Assembly: GCA_963843375.1 (NCBI GenBank)
Contig: CAWJKT010000010.1
Span: 32,001 to 96,000, forward strand
Source: an uncultured Pseudomonadota bacterium
GTDB taxonomy: Bacteria; Oederibacteriota; Muellerivitia; Muellerivitales; Muellerivitaceae
Direction: 5' to 3'
DNA: 64,000 nucleotides
The number at the start of each line of letters is the position of its first letter. Within the stretch, counting starts at the first letter, position 1. Shown here in pieces: positions 11,718-21,347 of this stretch. The translations under genes were made by a program, and so were the position numbers. The notes under the pieces were generated by a model, which was not told where the DNA came from, did not search any database, and saw only the letters and a program-made list of their open reading frames with translations.

Positions 11718-12965
11718 CTACCCCCCGGGGGTGAACACCACCGGCAGGGACAGCGGCGAGCGGAAGGCCATCCCCTCGATGTGCGGCGGTTCGGCATCGG
11801 GGTCCAACGTGAAGGGCCCCAGGCGGTCGAGGAGGGTGTTGATGGCGACGCGCGACTCCATGCGGGCGAGATGCATGCCCAGGCAGACATGGACGCCGAA
11901 GCCGAAGCCCACGTGCTGGCGCTGCTCGCGGAACATGTCGTAGCGGTCGGGCTCGGGGTACTTGCGCTCGTCGCGGTTGGCCGCGCCGATCAGGAGGGCG
12001 ATATCGGCCCCGCTCTCGATCTGCACGCCGGCCAGCTCCGTCTCGCGGGTGGCCCGGCGCAGGATCACGCACACCGGCGGCTCCCAGCGCACGACCTCCT
12101 CGAAGGCCTGGGCGAACAGCGAGCGGTCGTTGTAGAGCGCGTCGAACTGCGTCCGGTCGTGCAGCAGCGCGAAGAGCAGGCTGCCCGAGGCGCGGTAGGT
12201 CGTCTCCACCCCGGCCGGCAGGATCAGGCGGAGGAACGAGAAGATCTCCTCGTCGGTGAGGTGCCGGCCCTCGACCTCGGTCCGCACCAGTTCGCTGATG
12301 AGGTCGTCGCCGGGGTGGGCCCGGCGCTCCTCCATGACGTCGGCGAAGTAGTCGCGCAGCGCGTTCGACGCCGCGATGCCGCGCTCCCAGTTGGCGGCGA
12401 CACTCGTGAGCTCCAGCGCCCAGCGCTGGAACTTCGGGTAGTCCTCCCGCGGCAGCCCGAGGATGCGGGCGATCACCTGCACGGGGAAGTTGAAGGTCAC
12501 CGAGCGCACGAGGTCGGTGCGGCCCTCGTCGATGAAGGTGTCGATCAGCTCGTTGACGACGAGGGCGACCAGATCCTCTTCCCAGCGCTCCAGCATCTTG
12601 GAGCGGAAGCTCGATGCGACGAGGGTGCGGATGCTGCGGTGCTCGGGCTCGTCCATCTGCAGGATGGTGCGGCCCATCACCATGCCCATCACTTCCTCGT
12701 AGATGGTCGAGGAGTACGTGTCGTTGTCGCGCAGCACCTGGACGACCTCGTCGTAGCCGAACACGGTGACGGGCGCCGGCTTGGTGGGGTCGGCGATCTC
12801 GGCGCCCTCGCCGAGGTCGATCGGGCCGGAGTGCACCGGGCTGATGCGACGCAGCGCCTGCATCGCGGGGTACGGGTCGCGGATGGTGCCGCCGACCACG
12901 TCTTTCAGCTCGTAGGGATCGAAGGGGACAGCCGCAGAATCAGCCGTCGAATTTAGGCCTGGCAT
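11718..12965 (-). CDS. Cytochrome P450
   Basis: AGVETT I-helix, EEVVR (ExxR), heme motif FGFGVHVCLG. Confidence 0.96.
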   Translation of the reverse strand: MPGLNSTADSAAVPFDPYELKDVVGGTIRDPYPAMQALRRISPVHSGPIDLGEGAEIADPTKPAPVTVFGYDEVVQVLRDNDTYSSTIYEEVMGMVMGRTILQMDEPEHRSIRTLVASSFRSKMLERWEEDLVALVVNELIDTFIDEGRTDLVRSVTFNFPVQVIARILGLPREDYPKFQRWALELTSVAANWERGIAASNALRDYFADVMEERRAHPGDDLISELVRTEVEGRHLTDEEIFSFLRLILPAGVETTYRASGSLLFALLHDRTQFDALYNDRSLFAQAFEEVVRWEPPVCVILRRATRETELAGVQIESGADIALLIGAANRDERKYPEPDRYDMFREQRQHVGFGFGVHVCLGMHLARMESRVAINTLLDRLGPFTLDPDAEPPHIEGMAFRSPLSLPVVFTPGG

Positions 12966-13014
12966 GTCTTTCGCGCAACCCCCTAGATTCCGGGTGTCAC
13001 ACAGGGGTCGGACC

Positions 13015-13028
13015 TGACTCCCCTGTCA
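13015..13028. promoter_or_regulatory. TGAC-N6-GTCA palindrome (candidate operator)
   Basis: TGACTCCCCTGTCA between the divergent P450 and TetR genes. Confidence 0.5.
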
Positions 13029-13229
13029 TGTATAGCAAACGATCGTTGGGGAGTCCACGAACAGGGGTTCCCGGCGCACACGGTGACGCTCTGGTTTGTG
13101 CCGGATCCGACCCGGACAAGGTAAGACGAGCGAGCAAGGGCGGGAGGCCACACGCCAGCGAGGGGACTCATCGGGCAGCGTTTCGTCGTCCCGAGGTCGG
13201 AGAGCGGAGAATGGGACCGAAGATGAGCG

Positions 13230-13878
13230 TTGGCACGCCCCCCAAGGGTGACACGCACGCGCGAGCGAGGAGCAGCCGGCCCCGGAGAGGGGTCGGCGAC
13301 TCGGCGCCGGATCCTGCAGATCGCCCTCACCCTGATGGCCCAGCGCGGCGTCGACGGGACCAGCATGCGGGACCTGGCCTCGGCCGCCGGCCTCAACGTG
13401 GCCTCGCTGTACCACTACTTCCCGAGCAAGCGGACCTCCTGGAGTCGGTGCTCATCGAGCAGGGGTTCCTCCCGATCAGGCCGGCGCACGTCGACCCCGC
13501 AGGGCGAGAGCCCTGCCACCGAGCCCCTGACGCTGGCCCAGCTCCTGGCCGAGATCATGACCTCCATGTTCGAGGTCGAGGACTTCGTCCGCCTGATGGT
13601 CGGCGAGGCGATGCGCGGCGAGGAGACCGCCCGCGCCGTGGGTGTGGACCTCTTCGCCTCGTTCGAGTCGAGCATCGAGGACTGGGTGAAGAACAACCGT
13701 CCCGACCTCAGCGAGCGGGCCGGGCGCCGCCGCGGTGGCCCGCCTCCTCAGCGCCATGGTGGTCGGGATCTTCATCCAGCACGCCGCCGATGTGCTCGGT
13801 GAGGAGGGGGATGACCTCACCGCCCTGTCCCTCGACCGGGCCCGCGAGGCGGCCTCCATCCTCCGGCCGCCGGGTTAA
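13230..13878 (+). CDS. TetR/AcrR family regulator (two frameshifts)
   Basis: TRRRILQIA...GVDGTSMRDLASAAGLNVASLYHYFPSK helix-turn-helix. Confidence 0.88.
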
Positions 13879-13879
13879 G

Positions 13880-15603
13880 AGGCGGGCGACTCCTCGCCCT
13901 CGGGTCCCGGCATCGCATCCGAGGTCCGGGATCCGCACCACGGAAGTCGGCGTGCACCGGAGGGCGGTCGAGCGCGAAGATCCGCCGGCACGGCCCATCC
14001 GGCCAGGGTGTGGATGTCCTTCCCCAGGTCCGGCCGGCCCGTCCACCCAGTCGTCGATGCCGGCCGTCACCCAGGCGACGGCGTCGTGGTCCCAGGTCCC
14101 GTACAACTTGGACTCGGTGATGCAGAGGGGCACGAACTCGCCGCCCAACACCAGCTCCCACACGGCCAGGGCCACACCCGGGTTGTGCGGGGTGGAGATG
14201 TTCCCGAAGGCCACCAGGCCGCCCGGCCCGAGCAGCGTGCGCGCCGTGGCCACGTCCTGGCGCACGACGTCGTAGCGGTGGCCGCCGTCCACGTGGACGA
14301 TCCGGCACGTGCCCGCCCGCTCCTCCGCATCGATCCCCCCCGACGGTCCGACGATGACGTCGGGCGGCTGCTCGTGGAAGCGCTCGTACTCCTGGAGGAA
14401 CCCCTTCTCGCTCACGTCGGCGTACCAGTGGTTGATGATCATGAGGCTCTCGGGGTCGAGCGCCTGCTTGTGCTCGAACACGTCGCACACCGTGAGGCGC
14501 TCGTCGGGCGGGCGGGCCAGATAGCCCAACAGGATGGCGCTCTTGCCGAACGAGGTGCCGATCTCGAAGAGGTCGCCGCGCCCGCCGTGCCCGCGCTGCA
14601 GCCGGTCGAGTTCGACCAGAACGCGGGCGTCGAGGGGGGAGAACCACCCGGGCACCGTGTCCAGGGCGAGGAGGTACGCCGCGCTGCGGGCTCCAGGTCG
14701 TCGGTCGCGTTGGTTGCCTCCGCATCCGTCGTCCGCACCTGCGGTGCGACCGCCTCGACCACGTCCTTGAGCCGGTCGTCATGGACGAGCTCGTGGCGTT
14801 TCCCGCCGACGGTGATGGCACCGTCCTCGTAGCTCAGCGCCTCCCATTCGCGGTCGAGCGTGCCCTCGCGGGCCATCTGCCACCAGCGCTTGAGATGCCA
14901 GGCGGCCTCCGCCGATGACCGCTCTTCGATCGAACGTCTCCCGTGGTCGAGCTTCTGCACCAGCAACGAGCGCGCCCGCAGCGGCGCGTGGAGGCAGGTC
15001 AGCGCGTCCGTGGAGACACCACCCGCGATGCCGGAGAGATGATTGCCGGCCCCGACGAAGACACCCGGGACGGCGCGGTGGACGACCTTGGGGGCGTACG
15101 GCAATTCCAGCCAGCTGACTGCGCCCGTCTGTACCAGGCGAGAGGCCTCTTCGGCCGTTCCGACGACGCGCGTCCGGGCGCATGGTCATGGTGGCCACGA
15201 CACCGGGATGCGCCGCCAGCACGTCGCGCCGCTGCACGAAGTTGATCACGTCCACGAACAGCGCCCGGGCGTCGACCGGCGCCTCTTCCAGGACGGACCG
15301 GAACGGCGCGTCCAGCGCGACCCAGAACTCGTCGGCGTCAATCGGGAGGACCCAATCCGCTCCCTGCTGCGCCGCGAAGCGGGCCATCCGCGTCACCCGG
15401 CCGGACTGGTACACGTGCCCGGTCTCGCTCGCCAGCTGCAGGGGCAGCTCGCCGGCCAGCTCCACCAGGAGCTCGAACGTCCCGTCGGTGGAGCCGTTGT
15501 CGACGACGATGGCCTCGTCGAGAACCGTCGTGAGGTGGTGGCGCAGATTGGTCTCAATGATGTCCACCTCGTTGCGGACCAGGTAGAGACCGACGACCTT
15601 CAC
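13880..15603 (-). CDS. Glycosyltransferase family 2 domain probably fused to a class I SAM methyltransferase (frameshifts; 3' end approximate)
   Basis: VRNEVDIIETNLRHH, VVDNGSTDGT, IDADEFW; then PGWF, LFEIGTSFGKS, HVDGGHRY. Confidence 0.72.
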
Positions 15604-15679
15604 GGAGCGAGTGTAGGGCGCTCCCCCCCGGCTCACTTGCCCGCGCCGGCCGGCCCGGCACACACTGGCGCCGTGCCCG

Positions 15680-16276
15680 ATGCCACCCCCGATCGCCACC
15701 CCGACCGCCGTTGCCACCGCCGTCTTCTCGGTGCCGGCCGAGACCGTGTGGGCCTACCGCCTCGACTTCGCCAACCTTCCGGAGTACAACCCCGACGTGC
15801 AGGACGTGACGCGCGTGGCCGACGGGACCGGCGACGCGGCGGGTGGCGTGCACGGGCCCGGCGCCCGTTACACGTTCGGCTTGGCCGACCCGCGCCGGCC
15901 CGGCGTGTATCAACCGATTGAGTTGTGGACCGTGGAGGCCGTCGCCCCGACGCTCGTGGCCGCCGGGATGTCGGGTGGGAGCGAGGCCTACGAGGAGTTC
16001 GTCGTGGAGCCCCTCGGCGACGGCGGGTGCGAAGCCACGCTCACGCTGTGGGTCACCCTGCCCGAAGGCCTCCCCGAGGACGTGGTCGCCGCTGCCGCGG
16101 CCGGCAGCCTGGACTCCATCAGCAAAGAGCTTCGCCTGATGAAGCAGGTGCTCGACGGCGCTCTGACTGACCGCGCGCCTAGTGGCTGTAGTGCGCGTCC
16201 GCGTCGGCGAGACGCTCGGCCAGTCGGGCCAGCATCTTCACGCCGATTCTCGGCGTCGTCATCAACATCGACCTGA
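15680..16276 (+). CDS. SRPBCC/polyketide-cyclase-like protein (true end probably ~16170)
   Basis: PAETVWAYRLDFANLPEYNPDV...GPGARY...ELRLMKQVLD; the tail overlaps the opposing gene. Confidence 0.75.
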   Translation: MPPPIATPTAVATAVFSVPAETVWAYRLDFANLPEYNPDVQDVTRVADGTGDAAGGVHGPGARYTFGLADPRRPGVYQPIELWTVEAVAPTLVAAGMSGGSEAYEEFVVEPLGDGGCEATLTLWVTLPEGLPEDVVAAAAAGSLDSISKELRLMKQVLDGALTDRAPSGCSARPRRRDARPVGPASSRRFSASSSTST

Positions 16277-16610
16277 ACTCACGGGCGTCGAGGACCAGCA
16301 ACTCCATGTCCGTCTCTGCGACCACGTCCGCCGTGCGGATCCCACCGTGGAGGAGTGCCAGTTCGCCGAAGTACCCCCCGGTCGTGAACTCCGCGATCTC
16401 ACGCTTCCCCACGCGGCACGAGGCGATGCCGGAGAGCACGAGGAAGAACTCCCGGCCGACGGAGCCCTGGGCGGTCAGGAGCTCGCCGCTCTCGACACTG
16501 ACGGGGGTGCCGAGCTGCGCAATGGATCGGAGGTCGCTCTGCGAGCACCCCGAGAAGAGCGGGACCGCCTTCAACAGATCGATCTGCTGCTTCGGGATTC
16601 GATGCCGCAT
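16179..16610 (-). CDS. Stand-alone cyclic nucleotide-binding domain protein
   Basis: LKAVPLFSG, GYFGELALL, RTADVVA; no HTH. Confidence 0.88.
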   Translation of the reverse strand: MRHRIPKQQIDLLKAVPLFSGCSQSDLRSIAQLGTPVSVESGELLTAQGSVGREFFLVLSGIASCRVGKREIAEFTTGGYFGELALLHGGIRTADVVAETDMELLVLDAREFRSMLMTTPRIGVKMLARLAERLADADAHYSH

Positions 16611-16714
16611 GTGGCCACCTGTACTGGGCTGGAACTGCTTGGAAACGCCAGTTGGAGCGTACCTCCCCCATCCCCCGAGCGCAGGGTCTTTCGGCAGGCG
16701 GCGCCTCTGGGCGC

Positions 16715-18344
16715 TCACCCGCCTTCCCGCAGGCGCTGGCGCAGCACGAACTTCTGGATCTTCCCCGAGGGCGTCCGCGGCAGCTCGTCGACGATGCGGA
16801 TCTCCTCGGGCCACTTCTGGCGGGTCAGCCCGGCCTCCTGGAGGTGCGCCCGCAGGGCCTCGAGGTCGGGCGGCGCGCTCCCCGGCTGCATGCGGAAGAA
16901 CGCGCAACCGTGCTCGCCGAGCCGTTCGTCGGGCGCCGCCACCACCGCCACCTCGGCCACGCCCTTCATGTGGGCCAGGAGCTGCTCGACCTCGGCCGCG
17001 CTCACGTTCTCGCCGCCGCGGATGATGATGTCCTTCACCCGGTCCGTGATGGTGAGGTAGCCGTCCGCGTCGATCACGCCGATGTCGCCGGTGCTGAACC
17101 AGCCGTCGGCGTCGACCGCCTCCGCCGTCAGCGCGAGGTCCGTGTAGCCCGCAAAGCGGTCCGGCCCCCGGCTCAGGATCTCGCCGGGCTGGCCCACCTC
17201 GACGTCGCGACCGTCCTCGTCGACGGTGCGGATCTCGACCCAGGCCATCGGCCGGCCGTCGGTGTGGATGCGCTTCTCCTTGGGGGCGTCGTGCTGGGAA
17301 CCCGTGATGGAGGGGTGCTCGGTCGACCCGTACGAGCGCACCAGCGAAATCCCGAGCGCGTCCGCCCGCTCCGCCACCGCGTTGGGGATGGGCGAGCCGC
17401 CGAGCCCGACGAACCGCATGAGCTCCACGTGCTCGGGGCCGAAGCCGGGGCTGTCGAGCAGGCTCGTGAAGAAGAACGTGGAGCCGCTCCCGGCGGCGAT
17501 GTGCTCCTCGACCATGGCGTCGAGGACGGTGGGCGGGTCCCAGCCGTCGATCATGTAGATGGGTCGCCCGCTGTAGAGGGGGCAGAGCAGCCCACCGAGC
17601 ATGCCGATGGCATGGCCGACCGGAGCACCCACGAGGCTCGGCAGATCGCGCATGGCCTGGTGATCGGACGAGCTGGCGCACCTCGCAGCCCAGGGTGCGG
17701 TGCGTGTGCACGACGCCCTTGGGGTCGGCCGTCGTGCCCGAGGTGTAGCCGATGACCGCCGCGCCGTCGGGGTCGACGTGCGCCGGGCCGTCGATCGGCT
17801 CCGCCTGGCGCAGGTCGTCGAAGCGAACGTACCCGGACGCGTCGCCGGCGATGTCGCCCACCACCACGACCGTGCTCGAGGCTCTCGCAGCCCGTCGCGC
17901 ACCGTGGCCAGGTCGGCCAGGTAGTCGCGCTGACCGATGCTCGACACGATCACCAGCGCACGGGCGCCGCTCTGGCGGAGGATGAAGCCCAGCTCCTTGG
18001 GGCCGTAGAAGTGCACGATCGGCACCAACGTCACACCGAGCATGCTGCAGGCGTAGAAGGTGATGGCCGCGTCGACCCAGTTGGGCAACTGGAAGGCCAC
18101 CACGTCGCCGGGCCCGAGGCCGAGCGCGCGCAAGCCGCCCGCCACGCGCAGCGACTCCTCGTAGACCTCGCCGACGGTGCCCGAGGTACGGGTGCGTCGG
18201 CGACCAAATGCGGAAGCGCCGCGTCGGGTCCTCCAGGAGGGCGTCGCGCAGGAACTCCCCGAGCGTGCGGTCGTCCCAGGCGCCCTCGGCCAGGTAGCGC
18301 TCGGCCAGCTCGGGCGGCACGGGGCGCAGCTCGAAGGTGGTCAT
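16715..18344 (-). CDS. AMP-dependent acyl-CoA synthetase (frameshifts)
   Basis: YTSGTTADPKG, YGSTE, FSTGDIG, DRVKDIIIRGGEN, PRTPSGKIQK. Confidence 0.9.
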
Positions 18345-19438
18345 GCCGATTCGATGAAGAGCGTCGCCAGCCGGTGGCGCTGGGCTGCCGGCGCCGCCCG
18401 CGAGGAGCTCGTTCTGCTTCACCCGCTTGAAGAGGAAATGGGCGTCGTTGGCCCAGGTGAACCCGACGCCGCCGTGCAGCTGAATGTCGTCGCCGGTGAC
18501 CCGCACACCGGCGTCCGCCGCGTAGCTCGAGGCCATGGCCGCGGCCTGTTCCCGCTCGGGCGACTCCGTGTCCGAGGCCCAGGCCGCGAACTGGAAGCCG
18601 GCCCGCGCCATCTCGACCTGCTGGAACATCTCGACGAGCCGGTGACGCACCGTCTGGTAGGTGGCGACCGGCTTGTCGAAGACGATCCGCTCCGACGTGT
18701 AGGCGATGGCCTCGGTCAGGGCCCGGTGCGCCGCGCCGACGGTCTCCGCCGCCAACCCGACGGCGATGTCGTCCTGCACCCGCTGCCACAGGCCCAGCTG
18801 GTTGCCCGACGGGCCCAGCGGAATGACCGGCGTGTCGTCGAGCACGAGCCGGGCCAGCTTGCGCGTGGGGTCGAGCGACGGGACCAAGGTCGCCCTCGGG
18901 CGACTCGAGGAGATACGACCGCACCCCCTCCTCGCTGCGGGCCACCACGATGACCCAGTCCGCCGTGTGCCCGTCGACCACGACCGGCTTCTCGCCGCTG
19001 ACGACCCACTGGGCCGCCTTCCGGCGCGCCCGCGTCCGCACCGTCGAGACGGGGTCGCCGTGGCCCTGCTCCCCCAGCGCCACCGTCCCCCGGCGGGTGC
19101 CGGCGGCCAGGTCGGCCAGCAGCTCGCTCGCGCCCAGGGCACGCGCGGCAAGGGTGGCCGCCACGGAGGAGGAGAAGAAGGGGCCGGGCAGCGGGAATGC
19201 GACCCATCTCTTCGAGGACGACGCACATTTCGAGCAGGCCGGCCCCGCTGCCGCCGTACTCGTCGGGCACCAGCAGGCCGGTCCATCCGAGCTCCACCAG
19301 CGTGGACCACAGCGCCGGAGTGATGCCGTCGGCCTCCTCGGCCAGTTGGCGCACCACGTCAGGCCCGCACTCGCGCTCCAGCGCGCTGCGGGCGACCTCC
19401 TGCAGTGCGAGCTGCTCGTCGTCGTACGTGAAGTCCAC
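18341..19438 (-). CDS. Acyl-CoA dehydrogenase (partner-subunit type; frameshifts)
   Basis: VDFTYDDEQ, LVELGW..VPDEYGG, ERIVFDKPVATYQTVRH, QLHGGVGFTW. Confidence 0.88.
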
Positions 19439-19476
19439 GGCCTCCCCTACGTCTCGCTCACCGACGCGCCATTCCC

Positions 19477-19490
19477 TGACACCGGCGTCA
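19477..19490. promoter_or_regulatory. TGAC-N6-GTCA palindrome (candidate operator)
   Basis: TGACACCGGCGTCA between two divergent ACAD genes. Confidence 0.6.
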
Positions 19491-19520
19491 GAGTACACGG
19501 TGGTCGGGTACCCTTCCCCC

Positions 19521-19673
19521 GTGGATTTTGCCCTTGCACCGGAGGACGAGAAGTTCCGCGACGAGTTGCGCGCCTGGCTCGACGAGCACCTGCCGCCCTT
19601 CCTGGAGGCGGAAGCGTTGGGCGACGACGCCAGCCTCTCGGGAGAGGCGAGCCAACAGCGTCGCCAGAAGTGG
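19521..19673 (+). pseudogene. N-terminal fragment of an acyl-CoA dehydrogenase, cut at the junction
   Basis: VDFALAPEDEKFRDELRAWLDEHLP...RRQKW, followed by unrelated sequence. Confidence 0.8.
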
Positions 19674-19680
19674 GAGGTTC
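19670..19680. other. Abrupt compositional junction (probable chimeric assembly)
   Basis: GC falls from about 70% to about 50%; genes are truncated on both sides; no integrase, IS or tRNA. Confidence 0.85.
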
Positions 19681-20064
19681 CGGTGGTGTTATTGGGACGG
19701 CGGCTGGTGGTGGTGGCAGGACCCTTACGATAGTGTGGTTTATGCTTATGACAACGGCCGGTACGTTCCCGATGGACCTTATGGGTCCCCGGCAGGCGGG
19801 GTAGTTGAATTCCGAAGCAATGACGGAACCCGCACAGTCAAAATGGTCGGGCAAGACGCCTTTCTTTTCGATACATCAGGTTCCAACACATTCAAACCTG
19901 TTTTCTTGGAAAGGGGAGTCGTGCAAGTGTGGTTTTCAAAGCCGAGCGGTGGAAAACCTCCCCGGATTCGGGCTGAACTCAACGACGGCACCTTTGAATT
20001 TTTTGACGAACAAGGGAAACTCATGGAGAGCCCAGCAAAAGAAAATTCAACAATGGATCAATAA
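19674..20064 (+). CDS. C-terminal part of a Trp/Tyr-rich hypothetical protein (5' truncated)
   Basis: RWCYWDGGWWWWQDPY...; open to 20064 and followed by a terminator. Confidence 0.65.
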
Positions 20065-20100
20065 CCTCTTCTAAATTATTTTGATTGGTTTGGACGCTCT

Positions 20101-20131
20101 AAGCCTCCGGCTCAAAAGCCGGAGGCTTTTT
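20101..20131 (+). terminator. Rho-independent terminator
   Basis: AAGCCTCCGGCT-CAAA-AGCCGGAGGCTT-TTT. Confidence 0.9.
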
Positions 20132-20161
20132 ATTATTTGCGGTTTTGAACCAACTTTCAGC

Positions 20162-20175
20162 ATGTCCGGGATCAT
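20162..20175 (+). promoter_or_regulatory. ATGA-N6-TCAT box (1 mismatch)
   Basis: ATGTCCGGGATCAT; GAAAAT at 20198, 22 nt downstream. Confidence 0.55.
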
Positions 20176-20225
20176 ATGTAGCCGTCAGAAAAGGATAGAA
20201 AATATATAGCAGGAAGAGGCAAGCT

Positions 20226-21311
20226 ATGATCCTGCGATTGGATGGAACCATTAAAAGGGTGTTCCTCGTCCTCCAGATCATGTTTGTGGGAGGGTTGAAA
20301 TCTCTGTTTGCCGCCCCGCCCCAGGTCATGGTGTTGGATTGCACCAATTCAATGGTTCCATCCGATCTTACTTCCAAGTCAAGCGTGGTTTATCTTCCCA
20401 ACCATCATTTCGATGGTTCCACTTTCGAGGAAGATGGCACCATCAGTAAGGTTAATTTCAACAACCTTCTAAAGACAGGATTGAAAAAATCCAAGGGCCA
20501 GATTCGTTTTTTCTCAAGGAAAAACGATGAGATCGATGTTTATGTGGTGACCTCCATTCCCGTTAAAACCACCGCACAGATGTTGGACTCGTCCGTACCA
20601 CCGCCTGTTTTAATGGTTAGCGGGCCCCTGACCCTAGCCCTTCCGGCTCCTCAGGGAAAGGAAAAGGCCATCGCCGTCAGCCAGCCAGTGACTCTCTCTA
20701 TTCTTCAAACAGCCCGGTTTCTCTTGGAGGAACGTAAAAGGCCAACCTCGCTGGAAGCGGGGCATTCGGAGGTGGTCTCCAATTTTTTAGGGGTGAGCTT
20801 CAAGGCCATTCCGGCCTCCGATATCGATGGGAATGATTTTTATTACTATCATCTGGAAAAATACAAGTTAAAATCCGATAGCGGCACTCTTAAACTTTCA
20901 TTCCAGAACCAGAATGGAGATCAGCAAAACATTACGACCGTCATAACGGGTCCCTCGGAAAACTGGTTCCTGATGGCGGGCGGCCCGATCCATTCCTATA
21001 CCTTCGGGCCAAACGACTTCGATAATAACCCCGCAGGGCTTTACTTGAGCCTGAACTGGTCCATTCATGATATTTATGATCCTTCGCCCCGCTGGCTGAT
21101 TGTGAACCTACTGGACATCAACACCACTAATCCCACCCAAGCGATCGGGTTGGTGGGATTGGGAGTGGGTTTCCCTAAAATGAATGAATTCGTACCACTG
21201 TCTACCCTCGCCCTAACGGGAAGCTTGTTTTACAATCTCGATTTTTCACAGTTCCAGTTTGTCCTCATGATCAATTATGATCTGGGGGATATCTTTCAGA
21301 TTTTTCACTGA
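20226..21311 (+). CDS. Hypothetical exported protein
   Basis: 361-aa ORF with a hydrophobic N-terminus and a beta-rich C-terminus; no motif recognised. Confidence 0.7.
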   Translation: MILRLDGTIKRVFLVLQIMFVGGLKSLFAAPPQVMVLDCTNSMVPSDLTSKSSVVYLPNHHFDGSTFEEDGTISKVNFNNLLKTGLKKSKGQIRFFSRKNDEIDVYVVTSIPVKTTAQMLDSSVPPPVLMVSGPLTLALPAPQGKEKAIAVSQPVTLSILQTARFLLEERKRPTSLEAGHSEVVSNFLGVSFKAIPASDIDGNDFYYYHLEKYKLKSDSGTLKLSFQNQNGDQQNITTVITGPSENWFLMAGGPIHSYTFGPNDFDNNPAGLYLSLNWSIHDIYDPSPRWLIVNLLDINTTNPTQAIGLVGLGVGFPKMNEFVPLSTLALTGSLFYNLDFSQFQFVLMINYDLGDIFQIFH

Positions 21312-21347
21312 TACTTGTATTCTTTCATGGAGAAAAGAAAGGTTTTA

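Noticed and set aside
16179..16610. cNMP-binding protein as regulator of the ATGA-N6-TCAT boxes
   Set aside because: It has no HTH and lies on the other side of the probable chimeric junction.
16179..19310. 1043-aa ORF joining ACAD, ligase and cNMP domains
   Set aside because: A frameshift mosaic of three separate genes with their own starts and stops.
1..19673. Mass pseudogenisation or programmed frameshifting
   Set aside because: Shifts are single-base, often in homopolymers, with intact motifs and no nonsense decay, which fits long-read indel errors.
19660..19700. Integration site of a genomic island
   Set aside because: No tRNA, att repeat, integrase or transposase, and both flanking genes are cut mid-frame.
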